A DNA stretch of 64,000 nucleotides from an uncultured Gammaproteobacteria bacterium (GCA_964569045.1 CAZMSR010000002.1:43272-107271); one strand, 5' to 3'; counted from the stretch's first letter, positions 19,240 through 29,717 are shown. Translations and numbers: made by a program. The notes: generated by a model not told the origin, from the sequence alone.

Positions 19240-20766
19240 TCATTCCATTTTTGGCCTATACTGTAGGGCTTCGGCTATGTGAGTTATTTTGATTTTTAGT
19301 TCATTATCTAGATCTGCTATTGTTCTTGCTAGCTTGAGTATTCTAAAGTATGATCGAGCTGAAAGATGTAATTGATTAACAGCATTTTTCATAATAGCTT
19401 GGCAAGATGTATTAAGCTCACAACAATCTTTTACTGCCTGCGAATTCATTTCTGAATTAGTTATGAATGGCATACTTGCAAATCTTTTTAATTGAACTTG
19501 TCTAGACTTAGTAACTCTATTTTTAATAGATTCTGATTTTTCACTAGTTGAATTACTTTTAGAAAGTTCTTCAAAATCAACCCTTGGCACTTCTACATGA
19601 ATGTCTATTCTATCTATAATTGGACCGGATATTCTCTTTGCATAATTAATTGCCTGAACAGGAGTGCATATGCATTCTTTTTTTGTATCATTTTTAAAAC
19701 CACAAGGACATGGGTTCATTGCAGCAACCAAAATAAACTTAGCCGGAAAGCTTAAATTCCCTGCTGCTCGACTGACGCTTATTACTCCGTCTTCAAGGGG
19801 TTGTCTTAAATTTTCTAGCACAGGTTTTGGAAATTCGGCAAATTCATCTAAAAACAATACCCCTCTATGAGCTAGCGAAATCTCACCCGGTCTTGGCCAA
19901 ACACCGCCGCCAATTAATGCTGCTCCGCTAGCAGTGTGATGAGGAGAGCGAAAAGGACGCGCTGTAATTAACGCCTGATCACGCTGCATTTTACCGGCAA
20001 CTGAATAAATTTTAGTAACTTCTAAGGCTTCTTCTAATATTAAATCCGGTAAGATAGATGGCATTGTACGCGCAAGTATTGTTTTACCAGAACCCGGGGG
20101 GCCACTTAGGGCAATATTGTGCGCTCCGGCTGCGGCTATTTCGAGTGCCCTTTTAACATGCTCTTGCCCGCGAACATGAGACATATCTTCTAATAACCGA
20201 GTATTTGTAAAACTAAAATTAGATTTATCTATTGGTAATAATTTAGTTGTATTTTCTAAATAATCAACAACTTCTTTAAGTGATTTAACTGGAATAACTT
20301 CTAAATTTTCTACTAATTTTGCTTCGCGTGCATTAGCGCTTGGTACAAAAATCTTTTCTAAACCCTTTCTTTGAGCTTCTAACGCAATCGGCAATATACC
20401 ATTAACTTCCCTTAACTTACCGGATAAAGCTAACTCACCTACAAACAATAGTTTATTAAAATCAATATTAGTACACTCTGCAGTACCTGAAGCTACTAAT
20501 ACGCTTATAGCTATTGGCAAATCATAACTAGGGCCTTGCTTACGAATATCTGCCGGAGCTAAATTTACCCCAACCTTTAATTTAGGGAACTGCAATCCTG
20601 AATTTTTAATAGCATACCTAACCCGTTCACGTGATTCAGATACAGCAGTGTCTGGCAAACCAACAATAGAAAATGACCCCATTTCACCACCACCCGTATC
20701 GGCTTCTACCTCTATTAACTCAGCATCAAGTCCAATAACAGCTGCTGAAAATATTTTAGAAGACAT
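19240..20766 (-). CDS. comM: Mg-chelatase-like AAA+ protein YifB/ComM
   Basis: 508 aa. N-terminal Lon-protease-like domain, Walker A GPPGSGKT, FLDEFAEF, C-terminal Mg-chelatase subunit ChlI-like region. Confidence 0.9.
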   Translation of the reverse strand: MSSKIFSAAVIGLDAELIEVEADTGGGEMGSFSIVGLPDTAVSESRERVRYAIKNSGLQFPKLKVGVNLAPADIRKQGPSYDLPIAISVLVASGTAECTNIDFNKLLFVGELALSGKLREVNGILPIALEAQRKGLEKIFVPSANAREAKLVENLEVIPVKSLKEVVDYLENTTKLLPIDKSNFSFTNTRLLEDMSHVRGQEHVKRALEIAAAGAHNIALSGPPGSGKTILARTMPSILPDLILEEALEVTKIYSVAGKMQRDQALITARPFRSPHHTASGAALIGGGVWPRPGEISLAHRGVLFLDEFAEFPKPVLENLRQPLEDGVISVSRAAGNLSFPAKFILVAAMNPCPCGFKNDTKKECICTPVQAINYAKRISGPIIDRIDIHVEVPRVDFEELSKSNSTSEKSESIKNRVTKSRQVQLKRFASMPFITNSEMNSQAVKDCCELNTSCQAIMKNAVNQLHLSARSYFRILKLARTIADLDNELKIKITHIAEALQYRPKME

Positions 20767-20850
20767 AAAATAAATTTAAATTACTTGCTTATTGTATCAA
20801 AAAACACCTTTCTATAAAAGATGCTTTAAATAATTTACAATCAATAAATA

Positions 20851-21240
20851 TTAAGTCTTTATTATCTCTTTTTCTAATACTGCAATTCTAGAATTATGGC
20901 TTACCAGTTCTGTATCAATTCTTTCATGAGAACCTACATGCGCAATTTGTTCATCACGTCTAACACTTAATTCAGTGCTTAGTGGTTCCAAAATATCCAT
21001 AACCTCTCTTTTGTATCCTTCAATTCTCTCTTCCATTCTATCAAACCGATCTTCATGATCTAGAAGTTTAATTATTATTTTTTCTTGAGTTTGCTTTATT
21101 GGTTCTAATTTTTGTTCTAATTTTTGTTCTAACTTTTGTTCTAATTTTTGTTCTAACTTTTGTTCTAATTTTTGTTCTAATTTTTGTTCTAATTTTTTAT
21201 CAAGCAATTCAGAAATTTGTTGTAAATCTTCTTTTTTCAT
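20851..21240 (-). CDS. Coiled-coil protein with (LEQK)n tandem repeat
   Basis: 129 aa. The N-terminal third is KLEQKLEQKLEQ..., encoded by a 12-bp tandem repeat. Confidence 0.5.
   Translation of the reverse strand: MKKEDLQQISELLDKKLEQKLEQKLEQKLEQKLEQKLEQKLEQKLEPIKQTQEKIIIKLLDHEDRFDRMEERIEGYKREVMDILEPLSTELSVRRDEQIAHVGSHERIDTELVSHNSRIAVLEKEIIKT
21103..21198. repeat. 12-bp tandem repeat, 8 units (ttctaatttttg / ttctaacttttg)
   Basis: Read directly. The units sit in frame inside CDS 20851..21240 (4 aa per unit). Confidence 0.95.
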
Positions 21241-21253
21241 TTTTTATATTTAT

Positions 21254-21413
21254 GGGACTGTCGCCAAACTCGCTTCACCCATAAATTGTTAATTTTGGCT
21301 AAATTTTTTTTAAATTTTTTTGGCTTACCTTAGGGTAGGCCTCAAAAATTATTCAAAAAATTTATCTTAAAATTTCCAAATTTATGAATTAAAACGAGTT
21401 TGGCGACAGTCCC
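21254..21413. repeat. 160-bp long-palindrome element, class E2, copy a
   Basis: 19-bp perfect terminal inverted repeat gggactgtcgccaaactcg / cgagtttggcgacagtccc. The arms are complementary over most of their length, with centre ggcttaccttagggtaggcc. Nearly identical copy at 46260-46419. Confidence 0.9.
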
Positions 21414-21548
21414 TTTATTATTAATTAATTTTATCATAATCATAACAAAATAAGCAAACGCAACAAAAGTAAATATTCACCAATCAAAAAAACAAAAAAT
21501 ACCCTGCTTGTTTGGGCATTTTTTGTATATTGCTTTTTATTTTACTGT

Positions 21549-21833
21549 TTACTCATCTCCTTTTAAGGCATCTCGCAAAGTTTTGCCGGTTTTAAATTTA
21601 GCCACCCTTACCTCTGGGATGGTAATTCTTTCACTTGGATTTTGTGGATTAACGCCACCTCTAGCATGCCTTACGCGAGACAAAAAAGTACCAAAACCAC
21701 TTATTTTAACTTCATTACCTTGCTTTAATTCATCAATAGTTATCTCTATCATTGACTCTATGACATCAATTACTTGTTTTTTACTTAATCCCGTATCTAA
21801 AGAAATTTTTTCGATTAATGTATTTTTGTTCAT
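21549..21833 (-). CDS. hup: DNA-binding protein HU
   Basis: 94 aa. ...GFGTF..R..ARGGVNPQNPSERITIPEVRVAKFKTGK... is the canonical HU arm. Confidence 0.92.
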   Translation of the reverse strand: MNKNTLIEKISLDTGLSKKQVIDVIESMIEITIDELKQGNEVKISGFGTFLSRVRHARGGVNPQNPSERITIPEVRVAKFKTGKTLRDALKGDE

Positions 21834-21904
21834 ATTATACTAAGATAAAATTTAAAAAAATTATTTTCAAAATTAATTTAGGAGTTGAGTATATTTTAAA
21901 TTAT

Positions 21905-23419
21905 TTACCTGGCAAATTCAATAATTCTCATTTCTCTTATTACATTAACTTTAATTTCTCCAGGATATTGCAATTCTTCTTCTATTCTTTGCGCTATTTT
22001 TTTAGCTAATTCACGAGCTTTAAAGTCATCGATTTCTTCCGGGGTTACAAATACCCTTACTTCTCTTCCGGCTTGAATAGCATATGTTTTTTCTACTCCC
22101 TCAAAAGTCCCGGCAACCTTTTCTAAATCACCTAGTCTATTTAAATATTTTTCAAAACTATCGTTTCTGGCACCAGGCCTACCTCCCGATATTGCATCAG
22201 CTACTTTTACTATAACTGAAAATATGTCTTTTGGCTTGTCATCGTGATGAGTTTCTATTGGAGCTATTACTTCTTCTGGGAGATTATATTTACGTGCTAT
22301 TTTCCCGCCAATCTCCGGATGAGTACCGGTTATTTCTTGATCTACTGTTTTACCTATGTCATGAAGCAATCCACCCTTTTTTGCAAGTGTTGTATCAACA
22401 CCTAACTCATCAGCTAAAAATCCGGAAATTCTACCAACCTGAATTGAGTGCAAGAGACCATTTTGACCATAACTTGTTCTGTATTTAAGCCTACCGATTA
22501 TTTGAACTAACTTTGGGTCTAAGCCGGTTATTCCTAATTCATACAAAGCTGTTTCACCGGCTTTTTTCATATCTAAAGCCAATTCTTTCTTAGCAGTATC
22601 TATTGCCTCTTCTATTTTTGCTGGCTGAATTCGACCATCTAGTATTAAATTCTCTAAAGCTTTTTTAGCAATATGCCGACGAATCAAAGAAAAACCAGAT
22701 ATGGTTATAACATTTGGAGTATCATCTACTAATATTTCTACTCCTGTTAATTTTTCAATAGTACGTATATTTCTACCTTCCTTACCAATTATTCTGCCTT
22801 TCATTTCATCATTTGGCAAATCCACTGACGTGCTAGTAAACTCAGAAGTCACAGACTGAGTCACCCTCTGGCAAGTATTCATTATTAAATGTCTTGCTTT
22901 GTCTTCTAATATTTCTTGTGACTCTTGTTCAAATTTAGTCAAGCGACTCATTAAAGCCTCTGAATTCTCTTCTTTAACTTTTTCTAGTATTATTTCGCTG
23001 GCTTTATCTTTTGACAATTTGCTGATTTCTTCTAGTCTTACTAGCTGATCTTGCTTGATTTGATTTATTTTGTCTTTTGCTTTTTCTACTTTTTCTATTT
23101 TTTCGTATATTATTTGTTGTTTTTCTTGCAATTCTAATAATTTTTGAGAAAAAAGACTTTCTCGTTTTTCTAACCTAGTTTGTAAAGCATTTATTTCGTT
23201 TCTACGTTTTTCTTCATCTTTTTTTGCTCCATCAATAATTTTTAACGATCCTTCTTTGGCTTTAAGTAAAATTTCTGCTTTTTCTTTCTTAGCCTCGCTT
23301 AATACTTTTTCTGCTTTTTCTTTAAGCCTAATTGTTCCGGTTTTAGCCTGGTTCTTCTGCCACCATATTCCAGCACTACCGCCAACAGCCAAACTAATAA
23401 TTCCCACTAAATATTCCAT
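21905..23419 (-). CDS. rny: Ribonuclease Y
   Basis: N-terminal TM helix, long coiled coil, KH domain (GRIIGKEGRNIR), HD domain (LLHDIGK). The ATG at 23419 (MEYLVGII) is more likely than the track start at 23440. Confidence 0.92.
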   Translation of the reverse strand: MEYLVGIISLAVGGSAGIWWQKNQAKTGTIRLKEKAEKVLSEAKKEKAEILLKAKEGSLKIIDGAKKDEEKRRNEINALQTRLEKRESLFSQKLLELQEKQQIIYEKIEKVEKAKDKINQIKQDQLVRLEEISKLSKDKASEIILEKVKEENSEALMSRLTKFEQESQEILEDKARHLIMNTCQRVTQSVTSEFTSTSVDLPNDEMKGRIIGKEGRNIRTIEKLTGVEILVDDTPNVITISGFSLIRRHIAKKALENLILDGRIQPAKIEEAIDTAKKELALDMKKAGETALYELGITGLDPKLVQIIGRLKYRTSYGQNGLLHSIQVGRISGFLADELGVDTTLAKKGGLLHDIGKTVDQEITGTHPEIGGKIARKYNLPEEVIAPIETHHDDKPKDIFSVIVKVADAISGGRPGARNDSFEKYLNRLGDLEKVAGTFEGVEKTYAIQAGREVRVFVTPEEIDDFKARELAKKIAQRIEEELQYPGEIKVNVIREMRIIEFAR

Positions 23420-23575
23420 AAATATAGCATCGCAAAACAAAAAGCTATACTTCTTTAAATCTGTATTTAATTGTAATATATTTTCAATTAATCACTAATC
23501 TTAACATTTAAAAAAAATTAAATTTTTTAATTCCAAGTCTTCTTTTTTTGCTCTAATTTTATACAAATCTTTATT

Positions 23576-23733
23576 ATACCATTCCCAATTAACACTTCGG
23601 AATAAAAACATTTCTTAATTTTAAGCGAAAAACAAGCCGGAGCGTGAAGCATAATGAATTATGTTGAACGCGAAGCGAATTTTTGTAGCCGAAATTGAAG
23701 AATATTTTCCAAATGTTTAATTGGGAATGGTAT
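23576..23733. repeat. 158-bp long imperfect palindrome (class E3)
   Basis: 17-bp perfect terminal inverted repeat ataccattcccaattaa (23576-23592) / ttaattgggaatggtat (23717-23733). The inner arms are partly complementary. Confidence 0.8.
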
Positions 23734-23889
23734 TACTATACTTTTTTGCTTACGAATGGATTAATAATTGTTTTTCAGATCTATAATATCATAATTATAG
23801 CTTATTTACAATAGTTTGACGAGTACCCAAAAAAGAACGATAATAACTAATAATAACTTTAAAAACATCTAGACAAAAATAGTATAAAA

Positions 23890-24852
23890 ATGCAAACAAT
23901 TTTTAAAAATATTTTACAAAAAATAATTAATACTAATAACATCTTACTAGTTGCTCATGAAAAACCCGATATTGATACATCTTCTTCAGTATGTGCATTA
24001 AAAGAACTTTTAAACTCTTTGCACAAAAATACTACGATTTACTGCTTAGATAAAATCCCGCATCAATTCAATTTCTTGCCTCATATAAATTTAGTAATTA
24101 ATAAAATTTTAAATATTAATGACTTTGACCTAATAATAACTTGTGATTGCGGGAATTTTCAAAAAACCGGTTTAAAACAATTAATTACAAATTTGCCAAC
24201 ACAGCCATATATTATTAATTTTGACCATCATCCTAAAACAGACAATTATGCTGATATTGAAATAAAGGACACTGAAGCAGTTGCAACTACTGAGATTATT
24301 TATAACTTTTTTAAAGCTAATAATATTTTCATAAATAAAAACATGGCAGAATGCATATTAGCGGGAATTATCACTGACACAAAAAACTTTTTATATACAG
24401 GCCCAAATACAAATGCCTTAAAAATTGCCGCTAAGATGCTTAGAGCCGGTGCCGACTGGTCTAAAATTATGCAAAATATATATTTTAATAAAAACTCATA
24501 TGCATTGAAATTATGGGGGGAGACAATGAAAAAAATTGAATTAAACAAAAAATATCAAATTACCTCAACCAACATTAATTTTAATAAATTAAACAAAATA
24601 GACGAAGAGCATTATGAGGGATTACCCGGGTTACTTAGCACGATTCGTAATATTAAAGGCGCTATTTTTTTAAGAGAACAAACTAATGGACGCATAAGAG
24701 GATCACTAAGGTCCTTTGACAAAAGCATAAATATGTCACTACTGGCCAGTTCCTTAGGGGGGGGTGGGCATGTAAAAGCTGCAGGTTTTAATACAAAAGG
24801 TCAACTTATTAAACTAGAAAAAAAGTGGGCTATAATTGACAATAATGTCTAA
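23890..24852 (+). CDS. DHH/DHHA1 phosphoesterase (NrnA-like oligoribonuclease / pAp phosphatase)
   Basis: DHH motif (NFDHHPKTDN), DIDT, and the DHHA1 GGGGH motif near the C-terminus. Confidence 0.78.
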   Translation: MQTIFKNILQKIINTNNILLVAHEKPDIDTSSSVCALKELLNSLHKNTTIYCLDKIPHQFNFLPHINLVINKILNINDFDLIITCDCGNFQKTGLKQLITNLPTQPYIINFDHHPKTDNYADIEIKDTEAVATTEIIYNFFKANNIFINKNMAECILAGIITDTKNFLYTGPNTNALKIAAKMLRAGADWSKIMQNIYFNKNSYALKLWGETMKKIELNKKYQITSTNINFNKLNKIDEEHYEGLPGLLSTIRNIKGAIFLREQTNGRIRGSLRSFDKSINMSLLASSLGGGGHVKAAGFNTKGQLIKLEKKWAIIDNNV

Positions 24853-24940
24853 AAAAGATAGATTAAATAGGTAACATAATAATTTTTATTTATAAACTAG
24901 CTTTTTGCTACGTCAAAGATAGCCTAAAGCCATAAGTCAT

Positions 24941-25519
24941 ATGTCATTAATTCCTACAGTAATTGAAAAATCTTCTTATGGAGAGCGAGCTTATGATATT
25001 TATTCTAGATTATTAAAAGATCGAATAATTTTTCTAGGTGAAGCAATTGATTCTCATGTTGCCAATATTGTTATTGCTCAATTATTATTTTTAGACGCAG
25101 AGAACAAAGACAAAGATATTAAATTTTACATTAACTCTCCGGGCGGATCTGTAACTGCCGGGCTAGCTATATACGACACCATGCAATACATTAAAAGCGA
25201 TGTTTCAACAATTTGTATTGGCATGGCAGCCAGTATGGGCGCAACATTACTATCATCAGGAGCTAAAGGAAAACGATTTGCCCTACCAAACAGTGAAGTT
25301 ATGATTCATCAAGTAATGGGCGGAGCCGAGGGTCAAGCAAGTGATATAAAAATACAGGCTGAACATATTTTAAAAATAAAAGAAAGACTAAACCACATAT
25401 TAGCGAGTCATACAGGTCAAAAAATTACCGAAGTTGAAAAAGACTCTGATAGAGATTATTTTATGTCGGCGGAAGAAGCTAAAAACTACGGAATTGTTGA
25501 TAAAATAATTAAAAAATAA
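24941..25519 (+). CDS. clpP: ATP-dependent Clp protease proteolytic subunit
   Basis: [19 protein letters not shown]..., catalytic GMAASMG, MIHQ. Confidence 0.97.
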   Translation: MSLIPTVIEKSSYGERAYDIYSRLLKDRIIFLGEAIDSHVANIVIAQLLFLDAENKDKDIKFYINSPGGSVTAGLAIYDTMQYIKSDVSTICIGMAASMGATLLSSGAKGKRFALPNSEVMIHQVMGGAEGQASDIKIQAEHILKIKERLNHILASHTGQKITEVEKDSDRDYFMSAEEAKNYGIVDKIIKK

Positions 25520-25562
25520 TATAACAGCATAGACAAGTTGATTTTTTAAAAAAATACAACAA

Positions 25563-26045
25563 ATGATTATTATTGGGATTGATCCCGGTATTGCTGATAC
25601 CGGATATGGTGTAATAAATAAAAAAAATAACAATTCTTTAGCCTGTTTAGATTACGGATCTATTAAAACAAAATCCACTTTAGATCTTGGCGCTAGATTA
25701 AATATTCTACATTCTGAACTTGATAAAATTATTAAAAAATATAAACCAAGGAAAATAGCCGTTGAACAGCTTTTTTTTTGTAATAATGCAAAAACAGCAT
25801 TAATTGTTGGGCATGCCAGAGGAGTAATATTGCTAACAATAAAACAAAATAAAATTCCATTAACCGAATTAACGCCATTGCAAATTAAGCAATCTGTATC
25901 AACCTATGGAAAAGCAACAAAAACTCAAGTTCAAAAAATGATAAAACTAATTTTAAATTTAAAAGAAATACCAAAACCGGATGATGCTGCTGATGCGCTT
26001 GCAGCAGCAATTTGTGCTACAAACATAAGCTTAAACTATGAATAA
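25563..26045 (+). CDS. ruvC: Holliday junction resolvase RuvC
   Basis: IIGIDPG...GYGVI start, internal E, and C-terminal DAADALAAAIC acidic motif. Confidence 0.9.
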   Translation: MIIIGIDPGIADTGYGVINKKNNNSLACLDYGSIKTKSTLDLGARLNILHSELDKIIKKYKPRKIAVEQLFFCNNAKTALIVGHARGVILLTIKQNKIPLTELTPLQIKQSVSTYGKATKTQVQKMIKLILNLKEIPKPDDAADALAAAICATNISLNYE

Positions 26046-27498
26046 ACCTTTAAATATAATTTCAATATCTTCGGAAGTTGCACCTTTTTCAAAAAGCGGC
26101 GGACTAGCCGATGTCTCTAGAAGCTTACCAAAGGCAATAAAAAGACTTGAACACAACATAATTGTTATAACACCTTTTTATGGAGGAATAATAAAAAAAG
26201 AAAAATACAATCTAAAACTAATTGCAGAAAATATTAAAATCACAATTGACAAAGAAAATAATATAAAAGTCAATTTCTGGAAAGGCTACTTAATGAACGA
26301 TTTACCGGTTTATTTTATAGAAAACAAAAAATATTTTTCTAAACGCAAAGTACTATACGGCTCTAAACAAGAAAATACTCGCTTTTTAATATTTGACAGG
26401 GCTTCTATTAAACTAATAGAACACTTAAAATTAAACCCGGACATTATTCATTGCCACGATTGGCAAACAGGTTTAATACCTTATTTTATAAAAAAAGAAA
26501 AAGAAAAAAAATTAAAATTTTTAAGCAATACTAAAATAATTTTTACTATTCATAATCTAGTATTTCAATTTGGACAAAATTGGTGGGAAATTCCTGCTAT
26601 TAAAAAAGATTATGGTAAACGCCCTATTCCACTAATGACTGATCCTGACATTGAATTTATTAATTTTGCTAAAAGAGCAATTATGTCGGCAGATATTGTT
26701 AATACAGTTTCAGAGCAATACAGAGAAGAGATCATGACTAAACACTTTGGTCAAGATTTACACACAATCTTACGCAATAGAGAAGATAGGCTATTTGGAA
26801 TTGTAAATGGAATTGACTATAGAGCATACAACCCAACAAGAGATCCGGGCTTAGTGGCAAAATATTCATATAATAAAATTCACAGAAAAAAATTAAACAA
26901 AATATCCTTGCAAAAAAAATTAGGACTTACTCAAGATGACAAAATTCCAATAATAACAATGACCTCGCGAGTAACTTATCAAAAAGGCTTTGAACTTCTT
27001 TGTAATACTTTTGACCATTTAATAAGACAAAATGCACAATTTATTATTATGGGTGATGGAGATAAGCATTATATTAAAAAACTTAAAAAATACCATAAAA
27101 AACATCCGGAAAAAATAATCTGGCTTCCTTTTAAACAAAAAGATGAAACCAAAATGTATGCCGGTTCTGATTTTTTTCTTCTTCCTTCACATCACGAGCC
27201 TTGCGGCATTAATCAATTAATAGCCATGCGCTATGGATGCATACCCATAGTTAGAAAAGTCGGAGGATTAAACGATACGGTTGAAAACTATAATCCCAGC
27301 ACGAATATAGGCACAGGATTTACTTTTACCGGGTTTAATGAATTCTCATTATTTGGAGCAGTTATTAGAGCGCTAGAAACGTTTAAATATAAATATATAT
27401 GGAGAAACATCATGGTAAACGCCATGAAACAGTCTTCAAGTTGGACAATTCCGGCAAAAAAGTATATAAACTTATATCATAAAGCATTAAAAAACTAA
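26038..27498 (+). CDS. glgA: Glycogen/starch synthase (GT5), paralog 1
   Basis: SSEVAPFSKSGGLADV N-terminal motif, HCHDWQTGL, C-terminal PSHHEPCGINQLIAMRYG. Confidence 0.85.
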   Translation: MNKPLNIISISSEVAPFSKSGGLADVSRSLPKAIKRLEHNIIVITPFYGGIIKKEKYNLKLIAENIKITIDKENNIKVNFWKGYLMNDLPVYFIENKKYFSKRKVLYGSKQENTRFLIFDRASIKLIEHLKLNPDIIHCHDWQTGLIPYFIKKEKEKKLKFLSNTKIIFTIHNLVFQFGQNWWEIPAIKKDYGKRPIPLMTDPDIEFINFAKRAIMSADIVNTVSEQYREEIMTKHFGQDLHTILRNREDRLFGIVNGIDYRAYNPTRDPGLVAKYSYNKIHRKKLNKISLQKKLGLTQDDKIPIITMTSRVTYQKGFELLCNTFDHLIRQNAQFIIMGDGDKHYIKKLKKYHKKHPEKIIWLPFKQKDETKMYAGSDFFLLPSHHEPCGINQLIAMRYGCIPIVRKVGGLNDTVENYNPSTNIGTGFTFTGFNEFSLFGAVIRALETFKYKYIWRNIMVNAMKQSSSWTIPAKKYINLYHKALKN

Positions 27499-27502
27499 AA
27501 AA

Positions 27503-28663
27503 ATGCTCTGGATAAATTTTTTACATTTTTACCAACCGGCTAATGTTGATAAGAAAAAAGTCATTGAAGCAACTACTCTGAGCTATGAACGCATAATACG
27601 CGGATTAGAGGAAAATTCTCATATTAAATTTACTTTAAATATTACAGGATGTCTTTTGCTTAGATGGGACGAAGAATTAAAACGCATAGATTTAATACGA
27701 AGAATTAAGCGTTTAGTGCTTAAAAAGCAAATAGAACTAGTTAGTTCAGCAGCTTACCACCCGCTACTACCACTTATTGATGAAAAACAAGTAATTGAAC
27801 AAATAAAAGAAAATGAAATTATTCTAAGAAAATACTTTGGTGAAAAAATACCTTTAAAAGGATTTTTTTTACCGGAAATGGCCTATTCTTTAAAAACAGC
27901 AAAAATTATTAAAAGCCTTGGGTATGAATGGATAATACTTGATGAAATTTCTAGCGGTAAAAAATTAGGCACTTTAGATTGTTCACGTATATATACCGAT
28001 AATAATTCCAAACTTGATGTTATTTTTAGAGAACATGCCTTGTCTCAGACATATATCCCGGAAACCATAATTAATGGTAAAATAAATAAAAGCACAATTA
28101 TAACGGGAACTGATGCTGAACTTTATGGATTACGTCATATAGACGAACCGGCTAACTTTGAAAAAGTACTTAGCAAGGCCGATGCAATAAATATAAAAAC
28201 AGAACTGATTTCTAATTATATTAACTTATCTAAAGAAAAAATAGCAATAAATATAGTTGACTCGTCCTGGGAATCCACACCTTTAGAATTAAAAAAAAAC
28301 AAACCTTTTGAACTATGGGTTAGCTTTGAAAACAAAGTACAACTAAGGCTTTGGGACTTAGCGATTTTTGCTCAAAATCTATATTATAAATATCAAAATG
28401 ATTCTAATATTTGGTGGTCACGGTGGCACTTAGTTAGAGGTTTAGCTAGCTGTACTTTTTGGTGGGCATCCGGCAGGGATTTACGAAAAGTTTTTGGGCC
28501 AATTGCCTGGAACCCGGATCAAATAGAACTGGGTGCTCAAGAGTTAGTACGATCTATCCGAGACTTGGAAAAATCTACAACCTTAAAAGAAAAGATAGAA
28601 GCAGAAGATAGGTTTATAGAAATATTAAACATGATATGGAAAAAACATTGGAAAAATTATTAA
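27503..28663 (+). CDS. GH57-family alpha-glucan-active enzyme (amylase / branching / glucanotransferase type)
   Basis: GH57-like conserved regions in order: HFYQP, IELVSSAAYHPLLPL, FFLPEMAY (candidate nucleophile Glu), GTDAELYG (candidate acid/base Asp). Confidence 0.6.
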   Translation: MLWINFLHFYQPANVDKKKVIEATTLSYERIIRGLEENSHIKFTLNITGCLLLRWDEELKRIDLIRRIKRLVLKKQIELVSSAAYHPLLPLIDEKQVIEQIKENEIILRKYFGEKIPLKGFFLPEMAYSLKTAKIIKSLGYEWIILDEISSGKKLGTLDCSRIYTDNNSKLDVIFREHALSQTYIPETIINGKINKSTIITGTDAELYGLRHIDEPANFEKVLSKADAINIKTELISNYINLSKEKIAINIVDSSWESTPLELKKNKPFELWVSFENKVQLRLWDLAIFAQNLYYKYQNDSNIWWSRWHLVRGLASCTFWWASGRDLRKVFGPIAWNPDQIELGAQELVRSIRDLEKSTTLKEKIEAEDRFIEILNMIWKKHWKNY

Positions 28664-28686
28664 GAACTATTTATTAACAAACTTAA

Positions 28687-29715
28687 ATGAATTTAATTAA
28701 TCAACTTTTAGATAAAAATTATATTTTAGCTTTTTTAACTAAAAAATTATCACCACATTACCCTAATTTTAAAATAACTTCCATTAAAATACTTCCTCAC
28801 AAAAAATACATTTGGTCTGATACATATCATGTTGTGTTTGAATTTAATACAAAGCTTCAAAATAAAAATAAAACAATAAATATTCCCATTTTTGTTACTG
28901 CTCATTCATCAGAATCTAGAAGACATGTATGCAAGTCTCTTAACTTTTTATGGGATAGTAATTTTAGCGATCCAACGCTCACTATTCCAAAACCGCTTTT
29001 TTATTCACAAAAATTTAATGGATGTTTTTATGTTGGGGTTGAAGGTATTAATTTATACCAACTAATACGCAAAAAAGACATAAAAACAGTAAAAAAAATA
29101 ATCCCAAAAGTAGCACTTTGGTTTAGTAAGCTTCATTCTACTCCGCTTCCTAAAAATAATTTTAAATTAAAAAAGTCAACTATTGCGCGAGTTCTTCCGG
29201 GCAGAAAACATATTCTTAACACCATTAAAACAAACTATCCAAAACATTTAGATGATTATGAAAAAATCTACAAAATTTTAATAAAAAATGAAAATAATCA
29301 TTTAAAACTTTTAAAAAAATTATATGTTGTTCACGGGGATGCTCACCCGGAAAACATAATACACATTAGTGAGTCTAAGCTTGGAGTTATTGATTTTACA
29401 GATTTGTGCTTAAGTGATTATGCTAGAGATTTAGGAACTTTTATACAACAACTTGAATACATGAGCAATCGCAAACTAGAGGACCCAAAACTAAGCCAAG
29501 AACTTACAGACAATTTTTTGAAGCACTATATTAAATATGCTAAAATAAAAAAAGATAGTTTTTTAGAAGAACGTATTAATAATTACTATAATTGGACCTC
29601 TATTCGTACTGCGACTTACTTTTTGACTCAAGCTAAACTAATGACTCAAAAAGAATTCAGAAACAAAGCTTCTGTACTTATAAGCGTAACAAAACAAAGA
29701 ATGGGGATTAATTAA
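28687..29715 (+). CDS. Protein-kinase-like-fold phosphotransferase (APH / sugar-kinase type)
   Basis: Catalytic loop HGDAHPENII and metal-binding IDFTD. Its position inside the glucan cluster suggests a sugar kinase (inference). Confidence 0.55.
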   Translation: MNLINQLLDKNYILAFLTKKLSPHYPNFKITSIKILPHKKYIWSDTYHVVFEFNTKLQNKNKTINIPIFVTAHSSESRRHVCKSLNFLWDSNFSDPTLTIPKPLFYSQKFNGCFYVGVEGINLYQLIRKKDIKTVKKIIPKVALWFSKLHSTPLPKNNFKLKKSTIARVLPGRKHILNTIKTNYPKHLDDYEKIYKILIKNENNHLKLLKKLYVVHGDAHPENIIHISESKLGVIDFTDLCLSDYARDLGTFIQQLEYMSNRKLEDPKLSQELTDNFLKHYIKYAKIKKDSFLEERINNYYNWTSIRTATYFLTQAKLMTQKEFRNKASVLISVTKQRMGIN

Positions 29716-29717
29716 TC

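Noticed and set aside
21099-21284. Plus-strand ORF with VLIFVL repeats.
   Set aside because: It is the antisense reading of the 12-bp tandem repeat inside the (LEQK)n gene and extends into the E2 element.
23441-23889. Chromosomal origin at the minus-to-plus gene-orientation switch containing palindrome E3.
   Set aside because: I found no DnaA-box 9-mers in this interval and no dnaA or dnaN nearby. An orientation switch alone is not evidence, and similar switches occur at 7076/7188 and 47457/47767.
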